This document shows, one piece after another, positions 1-13,883 of a DNA stretch of 64,000 nucleotides (positions within the stretch are counted from its first letter, which is position 1; every line of letters starts with the position of its first letter). The stretch spans positions 109,430,001-109,494,000 of the forward strand of contig OZ024741.1 of assembly GCA_964016885.1 (NCBI GenBank), read 5' to 3'. The notes below the pieces were generated by a model. It was not told the origin of the DNA. It made no database searches and worked only from the letters and a program-made list of their open reading frames with translations. The stretch comes from Eledone cirrhosa. Lineage: Eukaryota. Position numbers and translations under genes: made by a program.

Positions 1-231
1 ATACCTAAACTGTTCCTAAATTCCTCGACTACGTAGTTTCGTGGCATAAACAAAAACAATATATCAAAGATATAGAGTCCTTGCGAGGTCTGCCGACTTA
101 TCAAGAGGATACCTCATTTTACTAGTCTCAAGAACGCGTCTACACGACGTGAGAAAGAATCCCAAAAGGCGGAGGGGGAGACAGTCACGCGATATAACTA
201 ATTATATCTAAATGTTTCTTCTCTCTTCATA

Positions 232-410
<179 letters not shown>

Positions 411-454
411 GACATATATTTGTATACGGTTGCGTGTGTAGATTGATGATTGAT

Positions 455-744
455 GCATGCGTGGTTTAGTCTTTGGAACATTGGGGTTATAATCGTGAGG
501 TTGTGAGTTCGATTCCTGAATCAGGCTCTGTGGTGAGCTCTTGATCAAGACTATATTTTTTTCACGCTGCTCCAACTCACTCAGCTGGAAAAATGACTTG
601 CGACGTCACTGGCGCCAGGCTGTACCGGCCTTTGGCTTTGTATTGGACATCTTCGGTGATGTCAAGAGGGGTGATTGGCATGTATGTGTGACAGCTGGTC
701 GAGATGCAAGTACCTTGGACGTTCGTGAGCAAAAGCGATTTTTA

Positions 745-755
<11 letters not shown>
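455..755 (+). mobile_element. tRNA-derived CORE-type SINE
   Basis: B-box-like GAGTTCGATTCC followed by a CORE-like segment (CTTGATCAAGAC...TTTCACGCTGCTCCAACTCACTCAGCTG). A related copy lies at about 45770-46020. Confidence 0.55.
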
Positions 756-820
<65 letters not shown>

Positions 821-966
821 TAAACTGTCCACAAGTAATGTCCAATTCCATAAGCAAACCAGATATATAATTGCTCTAAACAGATTCAATTAGAGTCAAA
901 TAGGATTAACTGCGTAAAGTAATTAACATTTTAGACCTGTAACCCTTTTTACAAATGAAACACTCT

Positions 967-1029
<63 letters not shown>

Positions 1030-1050
1030 ATATATATAAATAAATATATA

Positions 1051-1250
1051 TAACGAAGGAAGTGTGGTAAGGAACCAGATGGACCATGACGCACCAGAGT
1101 ACTCAATACTTAGGGTAGTAGAGTGGGTAATAGAAAAATGTTTAACCCCGACGGCAGAGCTCAAGCCGTTTCGACGGCTATTTCTGTACTGAAATCTCCA
1201 GAAATAGCCGTCGAAACGGCTTGAGCTCTGCCGTCGGGGTTAAACATTTT

Positions 1251-1252
<2 letters not shown>
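1051..1252. mobile_element. Family A PLE-derived fold-back element carrying the HHR 3' half, inserted in (TA)n
   Basis: Inverted arms AACCCCGACGGCAGAGCTCAAGCCGTTTCGACGGCTATTTCTG / CAGAAATAGCCGTCGAAACGGCTTGAGCTCTGCCGTCGGGGTT. Same family as 13616-13883, 31922-32110, 51760-51895, 52505-52600 and 58297-58360. Confidence 0.75.
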
Positions 1253-1283
<31 letters not shown>

Positions 1284-1286
<3 letters not shown>

Positions 1287-1480
1287 TGAGATTCTACAGG
1301 ACTACAGGATTCTACAGGATTCTTGAGAAATCATCAGGAATCTGATTCCTGATGATTTCTCAAGAATGAAGCAGTTCTAGTCCTGTAGAAAATCATCTAT
1401 ATTAAAACTTTTATACTCTGCTATGTATTGAGTACCTTACTTACTGTGGTTACCTCCGATTCAACCCTGAATAACTTACC
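1284..1480. mobile_element. TA-flanked short fold-back element (putative PLE pLTR remnant)
   Basis: Inverted repeat TTCTTGAGAAATCATCAGGAATC/GATTCCTGATGATTTCTCAAGAA containing CTGATGA. Its 3' part (TATACTCTGCTATGTATTGAGTACC) recurs inverted at about 25670-25745. Confidence 0.5.
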
Positions 1481-1829
1481 TATATATATATATATATATT
1501 CGATCACCAATACCATGAGATTGCCATTCACGTAAGTCTGATATTTGATTTCGGATTCAAAGAAACACTTTAAACGATTGTTCGTTTGATTTGTCCAGGT
1601 GTACTTTTCTCAACCTGATTAGTTCTATCGTTACTTTGGTATATATTGTGTGTTAGTTTCGCCTACCACAATGTTCGATTTGTCAAGCTATTTAAACGTA
1701 TGTTATTACTCTAAGGTCCTATCTTATCGAGTGCTTTGCTAACTCATCATTTCATATAAGTAGGCCGAATTTACTTACAAACCGCCAGAGATTCGATTTT
1801 ACTGATTTCCAATTATATATATATATATA

Positions 1830-2022
1830 TTAAAATAACAGATTAAAGTTTAAGCAGAGAGGTGGAGAATTTGGTGTTACTTGATATAAAGAGTTGGATT
1901 CACCATTAACGGTTTCAGAAGATCCCGTTAAGGGTGAAAGCACCGATTCTTTACTCAGACTTTAATCTGTTATCCTTATTGAGCCCTCTTCCGATTTTAG
2001 TCTTCACATTTATTATTATTAC
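1830..2022 (+). mobile_element. Solo pLTR fragment of the Naiad-type PLE with a degenerate HHR (about 1913-1960)
   Basis: GTTTCAGAAGATCCCGTTAAGGGTGAAAGCA matches the pLTR of the 14529-16658 element. A short inverted copy lies at 1830-1858. Confidence 0.75.
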
Positions 2023-2062
2023 TATGTGTGTGTGTGTGTGTGTGTATACATATATATATATA

Positions 2063-2109
<47 letters not shown>

Positions 2110-2299
2110 ACATACATATGTATATATGGCCATCGTCGCGCTACTTTTCCTATTTATTGGAAAGTCAAGAAAGAAATAAAGACAATGCTGGAGAACAGTA
2201 AATATATAAAAGCTATATACGGATTAGAGATTAGCGGGCTGTGTCACCATGTGATATAATATCCGGGAAGTATATAACTGCAATCTCAATCATCGTATG

Positions 2300-2785
2300 T
2301 ATTTTGGCGGGATTTTTGTTACCAACTACTCAATTTTAGGCCATCCAGCGATGGGCACAGAACAACAAACCAGACTGAAGTTTCTGGTCCGGTTGGGGAA
2401 ACACCGTCAGAATCACGCGGAATACTGCAGTAAGTCTACGAAGATGAGACGATGTCGTGCTCAATGATTTTCGAGTGACATAAAAGGTTTAAAGCGACGC
2501 AAGGACGTGAAAGTCGACCCCAGGATCAGGAGGCCTTCACGGAGCATGAGTGAGGTCAACGTTGATCGTGTGAGGCAGGTGGGGCATGGCGATCGTCAGC
2601 TCACTGTTTGACTGATCGCAAGTGCGTTGGGCATGCGGAAGATCACCGGCTCACAACACTCTGAGCATATGGCAGTTCCTGGCAGAGAAGAACATCGCCG
2701 TACTGGTACCATGTAGTTTGTTGGTTGGAATTAAAATAAATTGTTTGTGACACCAGTCCAGTTGCTTTTCAGACAGACCTGGTAT
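2300..2785 (+). mobile_element. Decayed, internally deleted mariner transposon
   Basis: Translates in pieces to a mariner N-terminal HTH (LKFLVRLGK..SESRGILQ*VYEDETMSCSMIFE*HKRFK...DPRIRRPS). A mariner-like right TIR (GTTGCTTTTCAGACAGACCTGGTA) lies at about 2760-2784. Confidence 0.75.
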
Positions 2786-3594
2786 ATTAGTTTAATGTTT
2801 GATATAGTAGGGAACGTGGCTTAGCGTATCGGACGCTAACATATATCGAAGATAAATGAATGATAAAAGTAGAAATAGAAATATAGACGAGAGTAAGAAG
2901 ACGAAGAAACGGGAAAACATTTTACGGGGGGAAAGCATATGCGTGTTTAGTCAACCATGGTTAAAGTGAAAGATTTACACCATTGATACTCAATGTTTCA
3001 CGAGCGTAGTTTCGTTCATGCTCCGTGGCAATAATTGATGAAAAAAAATGAAAAAGGTGAATAGAATTGTTAGTGTTTCCTAGTTCTTATTTTTTTATTA
3101 GTGGTCAGTCAGGCGACGAGCTTAAATGTCATCTGTTGGTATTATTTAGGCTACCAATATCTATTGTTTGTGGTACACTTTGCTGATAATGAAGCAGAGA
3201 TCTCTCTGTTTGAAATCTAATAAAGCTTAGCTTTTCACTTGAATTTTTGATTTCTTTCTTTCTTTTTCAGTTTTGTTCTATGTTTGCAATAAGTCAATAT
3301 ATGATCACATCTGTTCAGTGACGGGGTGTAACTGTTGATCGTTTAATGTTTAATCCAAAATTAGGTAGAGAAGATTTGTACCTCATTGTTTTAGATAGAG
3401 CAAATGGACCTCCTTTATTTACGCCAGGATATGATTTGAGGGAGATAAGACTTGTTTCTAGCAGTCTATGTGATTACACGAACATTTATAATGTTATTAG
3501 TTAATATACTTTAAAAACCAGACAGTCATGTGTTATCATGTTATCAAAGCCCCATAAAAGTGCCGGCCGGCATAAGACCCCACCCCCCATATTC

Positions 3595-3720
3595 ATAGGC
3601 TACGCTGAAGGATGAAAGACAATGCTAAGCTCGGCGAGATTTGAACTCAGAACGTAAAGGACCATAACTAAATACTGCAAAGCATTTGGTTCGACGCTCT
3701 ACTGATTCTGCTAATACTCC
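3595..3720 (-). mobile_element. tRNA-derived SINE (main family)
   Basis: The reverse strand reads GCAGAATCAGTAGAGCGTCG...TTCTGAGTTCAAATCTCGCCGAG...TCTTTCATCCTT. Confidence 0.7.
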
Positions 3721-4087
3721 GTCTGAGTAAGGAGCTCTGCAAGGTAGGGTAACTACTGCAGCGGGTGTCGGTGGCCATTGTCCGAGGGATGCAGCCGAAA
3801 CACCACCCCTACCTACGAACAGAGCCTGTCGACCTCTCTCCTTCTTCCCCACTTTCTCCCTTTGCCTTATAGTTCTTGTTCTTTTCCTCATTTTCTTCAC
3901 ATTTATGGTATGTATAATCCTTTCCTCTACTTTACTATACAGCCAGATCTGCCTTTCTCTACCATTTACCACTTGTTTTTCATTACATAATTTTGTATCT
4001 ATTTTATTTTTATAATATTTCCACTTTTCTATAACTTATGTTTGTAGAATATAGCTGATATAAACACATGAAAATATATATATATAT

Positions 4088-4188
4088 ATAGGATGTCCCC
4101 CAAAAATGTATACACACTTCAATAGCATTCTAATAAATATTGCTTGTATATGTAATCAAAGTTGTTATAGATTTTTAGGACACCTTGT
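4088..4188. mobile_element. Tc1/mariner-like MITE relic
   Basis: Imperfect TIRs TAGGATGTCCCCCAAAAAT / ATTTTTAGGACACCTTGT resemble Tc1/mariner CAGGGTGTCC ends. Confidence 0.4.
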
Positions 4189-4420
4189 GTCTGTGTGTGT
4201 GTAAGATATAAAAGATAGTAAGAAAGAAAGATAGTGTACCAAGAAGCAATATAATAGGATAGGTAGGAAGTTAATTGTTTCAATCCTCGCATGTCAATCC
4301 TAGATGGTGAATCAATATTTAACGCTAGGATCTTGCTTCAAACAATACACGACTTCATGCCATGTTTTTCTACATGTGTACATGTTGTATACATGGTGTC
4401 TACATCATTATATATATACA

Positions 4421-4517
<97 letters not shown>

Positions 4518-4535
4518 TGTATACATTCATACATT

Positions 4536-4577
<42 letters not shown>

Positions 4578-4596
4578 AGTGTGTGTGTGTGTATGT

Positions 4597-4643
<47 letters not shown>

Positions 4644-4899
4644 CACATATATATACATTCCATCTATGTTGACTTGCCACGAACACACATGCCTTAGGTA
4701 ATTGTTATGTGTCCTGAAGGCAAACTATCAGCTAAATTCATTTGTAACAACAGGCAATTTACATTCATGCATCAGTAAAACAATATATATGTGTGTGTGT
4801 GTGTGTGTAAATATATATATATGTACACACGTACATGTGTTTATTTGTGTATGCGTTTGCGTGTGTGTGTGTGTGTGTCTGAGTTGGTGCATGTGTGTG

Positions 4900-5916
<1,017 letters not shown>

Positions 5917-6016
5917 AACTATCTATAATACACCTTATTTCATATACATACTTGTACATAGATACATCCCCACTGCTACATACATGCATATAATAGGCAC
6001 ACACAGACACACACAC

Positions 6017-6092
<76 letters not shown>

Positions 6093-6214
6093 ATTTAATT
6101 TACATCCTTATAAAATAATTGTCTCTAATACGTAGACAACTCAATGACAGGATAAGATATATCAATAAATTGATATTTAATTTAATATTTTTAATACTTC
6201 AGAGAAGTATTAAA

Positions 6215-6930
6215 AATATTTAATTTACGCCCAAATCACACCTTGGGGGTAGATGGGAATACAAGTTAAATTGCTTAAAGGAAACCAATTCCAACATCTA
6301 TAGTACCCCAACCATGGTTATTTTGAGCTGACTATGGCTGCTATTTCTAACGTCCATATATACTGTACTATACCCATCGTATTGTCGCGATAAACTGAGT
6401 AGAATGTATTAGAAACAATTTACATTGTAGAGTTATATATTTATAATGACTTCTTAAATGTTTTGAGCTGACCAAGAGGTTTTTTTTTTTTTTGGTTGTT
6501 ATTTCTAGCGTCAATATATACCCGTCGTATTGTCCTGATACACTGAATAGAAAATGTTCATATAATATTGGGGTTGCGTCATGTTGTTACACCATATGGT
6601 TTTTACGCGAGATTATTCTATATATATTCAAACAGTCGCTGTGGGTAGATATATATTTGGCAATACAACACTTTCTTCACATATATGATCTAACAGTTAT
6701 CAGGTTTGTATGTTAATTTTCTACTTGTCCAATATTCTTTGAGGAATTCTCCTCCTGATGATAAAACTTCAGTTCTCTCAGTATTGGTTAATATAATATC
6801 TTGACCATGTAGTGGCTCTTTTAGTTTTTGAAACCATGGTTGGGGCACTATACGGGTTGAAATTGGGTTCCTTTAGCTAATTTGATTTGGGTTTCCCCCA
6901 AAGTGTTATTTTGGCATAAATTTAATATCC
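6215..6930. mobile_element. Old element with degenerate inverted ends of about 100 bp (MITE-like)
   Basis: 6230-6320 (...AAAGGAAACCAATTCCAAC...ATAGTACCCCAACCATGGTT) is the imperfect reverse complement of 6830-6925. Confidence 0.5.
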
Positions 6931-6936
6931 CCCCAC

Positions 6937-7049
<113 letters not shown>

Positions 7050-7117
7050 ATATATTTATTTATTTATTTATTTATTTATTTATTCACACACACACGCACA
7101 AGTATATATATATATAT

Positions 7118-7672
7118 ATGAATAAAATTAGTCCTTCATCAGTCATCTTCCAGCCTTCATTGGTATTTCATCGCTTTAAAGATCATATACCTCTGGTTGG
7201 TGCGAGCAACGTCTAAAGAAAGTCGTTGGGACACGTAAATAGAGGGAACGAGCGAGACGGTAAACAAACAAAGATGGTAATGCAACGAAAAGTGAGGAAG
7301 ACGGAGTCAAGTCCCTGAAATCGATGAAGATAAGTTCTGTGAACTCGTAGACGAGAGATAAAGACCATCCAACCTGGTTGAAATGTGAGCGAGAAAAGGA
7401 TTTCGCATAGGTCAAACGGGAGAAGTGATGGCGAGGGAGTAGCAGAGAGTGAGTGAGTGAAAGTGTGAAGAAGAGGCTAGCTGAGAGAGTGACTGGTAGA
7501 GGGGGTAAAAAGAAAGTGAGAGATACAGAGAAAGAGGAAGCAGTAAGAAAGAAACAGACGGGTCACAGCGGAAGAAATATATAAATATATGAAAAAATGG
7601 TGTGCTGCGTGGTTGCAAATGGGTTACATATGAATAAAATTAGTCCTTCATCAGTGATCTTCCAGCCTTCAT
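7118..7672 (-). mobile_element. Decayed PLE 3' end: GIY-YIG C-terminal remnant between two copies of an HHR 5' half
   Basis: Direct repeat ATGAATAAAATTAGTCCTTCATCAGT at about 7118 and 7630; its reverse strand reads CTGATGAAGGACTA, like the HHR at 58512. The peptide SRSHFNQVGWSL resembles the PLE endonuclease VARHFN motif. Confidence 0.5.
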
Positions 7673-7752
7673 GTGTGTGTCTGATGGTAGCTAAGATGCT
7701 TCCATAGGCGGTATGCCGGTTGAGCACTCTATGCTCTTACAGAGCAGAGTAT

Positions 7753-7999
7753 GATATAATATAAAACGAAAAATGTTACAATTGTTTCGCCGGCGGACAG
7801 CTCGAGACACGATCATTGTGTGGATCTGTCTGATTCTGGATCTGCAGGTTCGACGGACACGTCTAATGATTTCGGAGCAAATTCCTTCAAGGAACCTGCA
7901 GATCCAGAATCCACACAATGATCGTGTCTTGAGCTGTCCGCCGGCGAAACAATTGTAACACAATAAATTGAGTTCAGATGCATCACTGATTTTCCGTTT

Positions 8000-8006
<7 letters not shown>
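7753..8006. mobile_element. Fold-back element with an HHR 3' half (GAAA CAATTG TA ACAC at 7946-7961)
   Basis: Long inverted arms TGTTACAATTGTTTCGCCGGCGGACAGCTC / GAGCTGTCCGCCGGCGAAACAATTGTAACA, ending in (TA)n. Confidence 0.6.
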
Positions 8007-8051
<45 letters not shown>

Positions 8052-8054
<3 letters not shown>

Positions 8055-8267
8055 AGACCAACCAGATGTGAGAAAAACCACAGACCCTCCATCTCAACTC
8101 TACTTTTGAAAAGCAGAAGAACTGCGAAACCGGTAAAGGAACCAAATAAATATATATTTTTTTTTAAATAAGACTCCAGTTGCATTTTCGATTTCATCTT
8201 TTTTTCTTTATACTTTCACTCGTGTAGGACACCTCGGTTATTTTTCATTTTGTAAAAAAACCCTCAC

Positions 8268-8272
<5 letters not shown>
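8052..8272 (+). mobile_element. Family B single-arm copy with a U3-A8 HHR (8102-8139)
   Basis: Near-identical to 5640-5862 and embedded in (TA)n. Confidence 0.8.
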
Positions 8273-8352
<80 letters not shown>

Positions 8353-8963
8353 TGTGTGTGGATTTATTTATTATGTTTGGAAGATGTTGTGTTATGCCCA
8401 TAACATTTATATGCAGTCTGAAACAAGTGAGATTGTTTGTTCTCCTTGCAGAGTAACACGACGGCTGCAAGATAAACTAAATGGACAGGCATAGACAAGT
8501 TGCTGTTGTATTGGTTGTGTTGCCCAATAGAGGATGCCGTTATTGTGACAATATCAGTTGCCCCCAGTTGTCACTAAATCTGCAATTACAAGACTAGCTG
8601 TTGTCAGTTGTCACGTGACCCGTTGTCATCAGTAGTCATTAGCTGATACGTGACCAATTATTGCGCTAGAATTGTTAGATATGAGAACACTTTTGTGCGA
8701 CAGGGATTATTTGTATTGCTGTCCTGAGGTGGGTGGGGATGTCGCTGTGGTTGGGGCGTCCGCCACGGGTGACACCTTTACGGAAATAGTTCTTTTGAAG
8801 ATGTCATATAAGCCTGTATAGGCTGTGGTGTGTGCTGAAAATACAAGGGTTGTCCCTGGCGGCACACCCTGTAGCGGCACGGATGTTGTATTGGTGAAGG
8901 ATCACATGCCAATCAGTCGAAATGCATTTTATCTATGGGAGATCTAGGATATCTGGGTGGTTT

Positions 8964-8997
<34 letters not shown>

Positions 8998-9159
8998 GAA
9001 AACAGACCTACATGTATACACACATACATACACACACACATACACGCATAAACATGCACACATATACATATACACGAATATACCTATACATATGCATTCA
9101 CACAAACCATGGGAATTTGTATGTATGTTTACATATGCATATATATACACATATATATT

Positions 9160-9194
<35 letters not shown>

Positions 9195-9218
9195 TAGAAT
9201 TGGTGCTCTGAAATAGCT

Positions 9219-9650
9219 ATATATATATGAATGTATATATAGTGTATTTTGCAATACACTGTATGCTTAATTAAAAGCATTTCGAAGACCTTATGCTATT
9301 GTTTTAGAGTAGTGACAGACTCACTTACTTTAATTTTCAGCAAACAGGGGAGATAAAGCTGACAGGGCCCTGTTTCGCATAAACGCTCTGTATAATCAGT
9401 TCCTGATTATTTACTAGAATTCTATAAGAACCAAACATCCATGATTTCAGCAAACAGGAGGAGTAGTTAGCTTTGATAATCATCAATAAATGCTAAACAT
9501 GGCCCTATCAGCTTTATCTCCCCTGTTTGCTGAAAATTAAAGTAAGTGAGTTTGTCACTACTCTAAAGCAATAGCATAAGGTCTTCGAAATGCTTTTAAT
9601 TAAGCATACAGTGTATTGCAAAATACACTATATATACATTCATATATATA
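9219..9650. mobile_element. Family D fold-back element with a degenerate HHR (+ 9469-9513; intact 3' half on - at 9357-9380)
   Basis: Inverted arms of about 160 bp. The + arm reads AGCT TTGATAA TCAT caataa ATGC TAAA..TC AGCT; the other arm keeps ATGC GAAA CAGGGCCCTG TC AGCT. Homologous to 44180-44445. Confidence 0.7.
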
Positions 9651-9699
9651 TATATATATAAATATATATATATGTCTCTCTCTCTCTCACTCTCTCTTT

Positions 9700-9761
<62 letters not shown>

Positions 9762-10190
9762 TTTAATAAATGAACAGAGAACAAAAGACAGAGAGCCAGT
9801 ACAAATGATATTAGTATTAGTTTCGCGAGAAAGGGAGAGAGACAGAGAGAGGGTGAGAGAGAGAGAGAGAGCGACGGGTGTATGACAGTTTTGAAAAAAT
9901 AATCTATGGTTAAATTTGAAGAGAAACAATATGTACTAGAAATATGGTCGCCAGTCCGTCGATTACAGGAAGTTGCAGTACGACCGGAAGTAGCGTTATG
10001 TGTAAAAGGAAACAGACAACATGGAGAATATTATACATTTGGGAATAGGCATGTGGTAACAATCCACAATGGTATTCGGTCGGTGGTGAATTGTGTACCT
10101 TTGGGTATAATGTGGGAAAGGGAAACGTGTGTCGGTGGGTACCGGGTAAGCTCTATGGCAATTTGCTAACTGGAATTGTTATATATATCC

Positions 10191-10221
<31 letters not shown>

Positions 10222-10311
10222 ATATATAAATAAATAAATATATATATATATATATATATTATATACATATATAAATAAATAAATATATATATAATAGACA
10301 TATATAAATAA

Positions 10312-10394
<83 letters not shown>

Positions 10395-10436
10395 TACAAA
10401 ATATTAATAAATATAGACATTCATGTAATCAAATAT

Positions 10437-10500
10437 ATTTTATTATATATATTTCGGAGGTACTGTGCTGTTTCCTCAGTACGTCCTCATCAGATAAAAT
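10437..10500 (-). ncRNA. Type I hammerhead ribozyme (family C)
   Basis: The reverse strand reads ATTTTAT CTGATGA GGAcGTACTG..CAGTACcTCC GAAA TATATA TA ATAAAAT. Confidence 0.8.
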
Positions 10501-10685
10501 AGACGACATGTATTTGTGTATTTATGACTTGCAAAAATATTCAGAAGGATATGGTGCGTGTTTGTACAATCAGCTCCAAGAAAAATGCGTTGTCGCTCTG
10601 CATTTTTTTGCCGGGGTGTCTGTTATTTTTATGACGTCCGTTTGTGACGTCAGAGCTATCACACCATAAGTGTCGCTTCGCTACA
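10500..10685 (-). repeat. 3' LTR of the Gypsy element
   Basis: Diverged direct repeat of 13282-13481. Confidence 0.85.
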
Positions 10686-10960
10686 TATATACATATAGCC
10701 CTCCTCCAGATGACCAATCGATGAAGAAGTAAACATATGTAGTGAGAAGCAAGGCAAAGATAGGTAATAAACAAAAGAAATGTTTGCACAAGCAGCAAAC
10801 AAAAGGCAAGGCACGCAAAAATGTAACAACAGAAACATGCAAAACAATCAATAAAATGCAACAAATCGTAAGAAAGACAAAAGCAAAGGGCTGCAACAAG
10901 GGCAGCTTAAATGTATACGGTTTGACACAGTTTGTTTCCAAAAAGGCTCCAGTGGCCAGT

Positions 10961-12001
10961 TCATATAATAAAAGTTTGGAAGAGTTCTTTGGGCCAGTGG
11001 ACTCTTCGACCGGAACGGGTCGTGGTCTTGTATCTTGGTGATGGGGGAACCAAAGAAACAGGTGTGTGCAAAAGAGAAAGATGGGGGTGTATGTGGCTCA
11101 GGTGTGTGAGCATCTGTGTGGGCCCGTTTAAGTCTATCAGCCTCAATGGTCTTTCTAGATCCCTTAATGACTACAGTAAAATGTTTATCAGAACGAGCTA
11201 ATACACGGTAGGGTCCAGAGTACGGTTGTGTGAGAGGTGGTCTCACAGCATCGTTTCTTACGAACACATGGGTCCACGAGGCAATATCCCTCGGGACTGT
11301 AGATTTTACAGTTTGTTTCCTCGTATCCATCGGCGGCAGGGCCTGAAAATAAGAACGCAGACGGGATACGTAGGAAAGCGGATCTTGTGCAGCAAGATCG
11401 ACAGGGGAAAGTTTTGCCCAGGTAATGCTAGAAGAGCACCATACAATAATTCGGCCGGGGAGTCTTGGGTACCAGAAGTCTTGGGTACCATGTGAAACGG
11501 AGAAGCCCAAGGGCTCGTAGAAGGGCGAATTATGCCAAGCTGCAGCATGTGGTCGAACTCGGACTGTGCTGCCTTCAATTTGTCCGCAGGCAAGCGACGA
11601 GGACGTGAGAACACTGGGGCGCCAGTTGTAGAGATAAAATGCTCCGTTGTGTGAGTCGGTTCGACAACTCGAAAATTTCCCTGTGTAAGCTGTGGAAAAG
11701 AATTCAACAATGCATGATAGTGATTCCCAGCATTAGCGATGAAAAAGGTCGGGCTAACCGTTGAAAAATTAGCTTTCTGGCCACGAAAAGAAAAACCCGT
11801 AATGCCGTCTACTAGGCGTCGGCCACGGACGTCCACCATCAATGCAAAATGGTGTAGAAAATCCGCTCCCAAGATAAGATATGGTAGGTCAGCAACCGTA
11901 AAAATCCATTTGAATTCTCGTCGAAGATTTCTGAATTGCAGAGGAAGCGAGATTTGTCCAAAAGTTCGTATCAGCGAATGATTGACAGCTTGTAGATTCA
12001 T
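10961..12001 (-). pseudogene. pol: Gypsy pol remnant: aspartic protease and RT N-terminus fused to the integrase C-terminus
   Basis: ILGADFL (protease) and GIIRPSTSPWASPFHMVPK (RT start) run directly into SPAELLYG..L.LPG and LTQPYSGPYRVL..DRLK (integrase end, GPY/F motif). Confidence 0.85.
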
Positions 12002-12047
12002 TGATGACTCAATTAAGAAGTAGCGGTTTGGGTGTGTAGCACAGAGA

Positions 12048-12845
12048 TCAGCTGCCGCCTTCAGTGATTCTGGTCTGCGTTTCCCGAAGTTGAATAGTTA
12101 CACGGTGGCCGGCAGTGTTTTGCTTTATCAGCGAAGGTGGCATGATACCAGCAAAAAGACGAATTGCTGGCGGGCAAGCTGGCGTTACGGCGTGAAGTCG
12201 CGAAGGAATGCGAACGATTTCTTGGCCGCCTGGGAGATGGCCTACTCTCCCTACATAATTTCGCGACAATGCGTCAATCGCCTTCAACATTGCATCCTCG
12301 AGTGTCGAGACGAGTTGGTTCGGAAAAGTCGAAGAGGCAACAAGCGAGTCCGACGAGGTAGCTTTCCTAGAGAATTCGACAATTCGATCGGCAGACGCAG
12401 CGATCTGCTCCACCGTCCTCGAGTCCACTATGGTAGTCAATATAATCTGTACATTGTTTGGCAAGCGAGAAAAAAATATATTTTTGATAAATGAACTATC
12501 CTCATCGGGCAATTCACTGAGGTCCCGAATGTGGCATAAAAATTCGGACGGTGACCTGTCGAGTAAACACTCGTCCTCCAATAATGCACGAAACCTGCTT
12601 TCAGCAGAACGGCAGTTTCTCCTTAATATTTCCGTCCTCAACGAATCATACGAAATACCGGTTGGCGGGTCCGTTATTAAATCTTTCACCATGATGGCGA
12701 GCGACGAAAGTATAACACTAATCAAAACATTGAGTTTCTGCTCTGTTTTAATTCCATTTGCAGCAAAATATGCATCCAATTGCGCAAACCAGAGCTTGGG
12801 ATCACCGGAGAACGCAGGTAAATTAGGACTACTCATCATTAGCAT
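12048..12845 (-). pseudogene. gag: Gypsy gag
   Basis: LPAFSGDPKLWFAQLDAYF...YDSLRTEIL...L.DRSPSEFL is typical of invertebrate Gypsy gag. Frameshifted near the C-terminus. Confidence 0.8.
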
Positions 12846-13281
12846 GTATCAATTCCACATAAAAATACTAAATGATATCCAAGTAATGAAATGCAATGCG
12901 TGTTAGATGTTTGGAACAACGGGAAAACAGCACAAATTTCCTTCAACATCCATGAAGAAAGAAGAAATGCAAATTTCGACAAGAAACAATAATTCAAGGC
13001 AAAAAAATTAAATGTTTTTTCTTTTTTTTTTTTTTAATTGGAGAAGGATATGTCATCACATGATGCGTCTCAGCCAATCAGATGGTTGCATTTCGGAGAA
13101 GAAAGATAATTGGCGGGAAAATTGGCGGACCAGTCAGCCATTGTGAATTTTTTTTTTTTTTTTTGTGTTAAATGAACAAATTTCAATTTCGTTATTTTCG
13201 CATAGTTGCAGAAGTTTTTTTAGAAGTTTTTCGAAGTTTTTTTAGAGGGCTGTGTAATGCGTAATCGGGGTCAACCAATTT

Positions 13282-13481
13282 TGGACGACGTGTATTTTAG
13301 TATTTATGATTTGCAAAAATATTCAGAAGAATACGAATAGCTGGTGCGTGTTTGTACAATCAGCTCCAAGAAAAATGCGTGTTGTCACTCTGCATTTTTT
13401 TTTGCCGGAGTGTCTGTGTTATTTTTATGATGTTCGTTTGTGACATCAGAGCTTTCACACCACAGGTGTCGCTTCGCTACA
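13282..13481 (-). repeat. 5' LTR of the Gypsy element
   Basis: TG...CA ends, followed by the PBS. Confidence 0.85.
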
Positions 13482-13540
13482 TATAAATTGATGTATAACA
13501 TACCTCAACTGTGCTGATGGTTCAATTCCAGTCTTGGCAG

Positions 13541-13615
<75 letters not shown>

Positions 13616-13618
<3 letters not shown>

Positions 13619-13883
13619 CGAAGGAAATGTGGTAAGGAACCAGATGGACCATAACGCACCAAAATACTCAATACTTAGGGTAGTAGAGTGGGTAATAGGA
13701 ACGAGTAGGACCCCGACGGCTGAGCTCAAGCCGTTTCGACGGCTAATTCTGGTTAGCCGTCGAAACGGCTTGAGCTCAGCCGTCGGGGTCCTACTCGTTC
13801 CTATTACCCACTATACTACCCTAAGTATTGAGTACTTTGGTGCGTTATGGCCCATCTGGTTCCTTACCACATTTCCTTCGTTA
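13616..13883. mobile_element. Family A fold-back element (palindrome of about 265 bp)
   Basis: Arms are mirrored around CGGCTAATTCTGGTTAGCCG (about 13750). Each arm carries the HHR 3' half GAAA CGGCT..AGCCG TC GGGG. Confidence 0.8.

Larger units (their letters stand above)
10500..13481 (-). mobile_element. Ty3/Gypsy LTR retrotransposon, internally deleted (non-autonomous)
   Basis: LTRs at 13282-13481 and 10500-10685 start TGTAGCGAAG. PBS TGGTTGACCCCGA (tRNA-Trp-like) at about 13264-13277, PPT GGAGGAGGG at about 10698-10707. Contains gag, protease, the start of RT and the integrase C-terminus. Confidence 0.9.
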
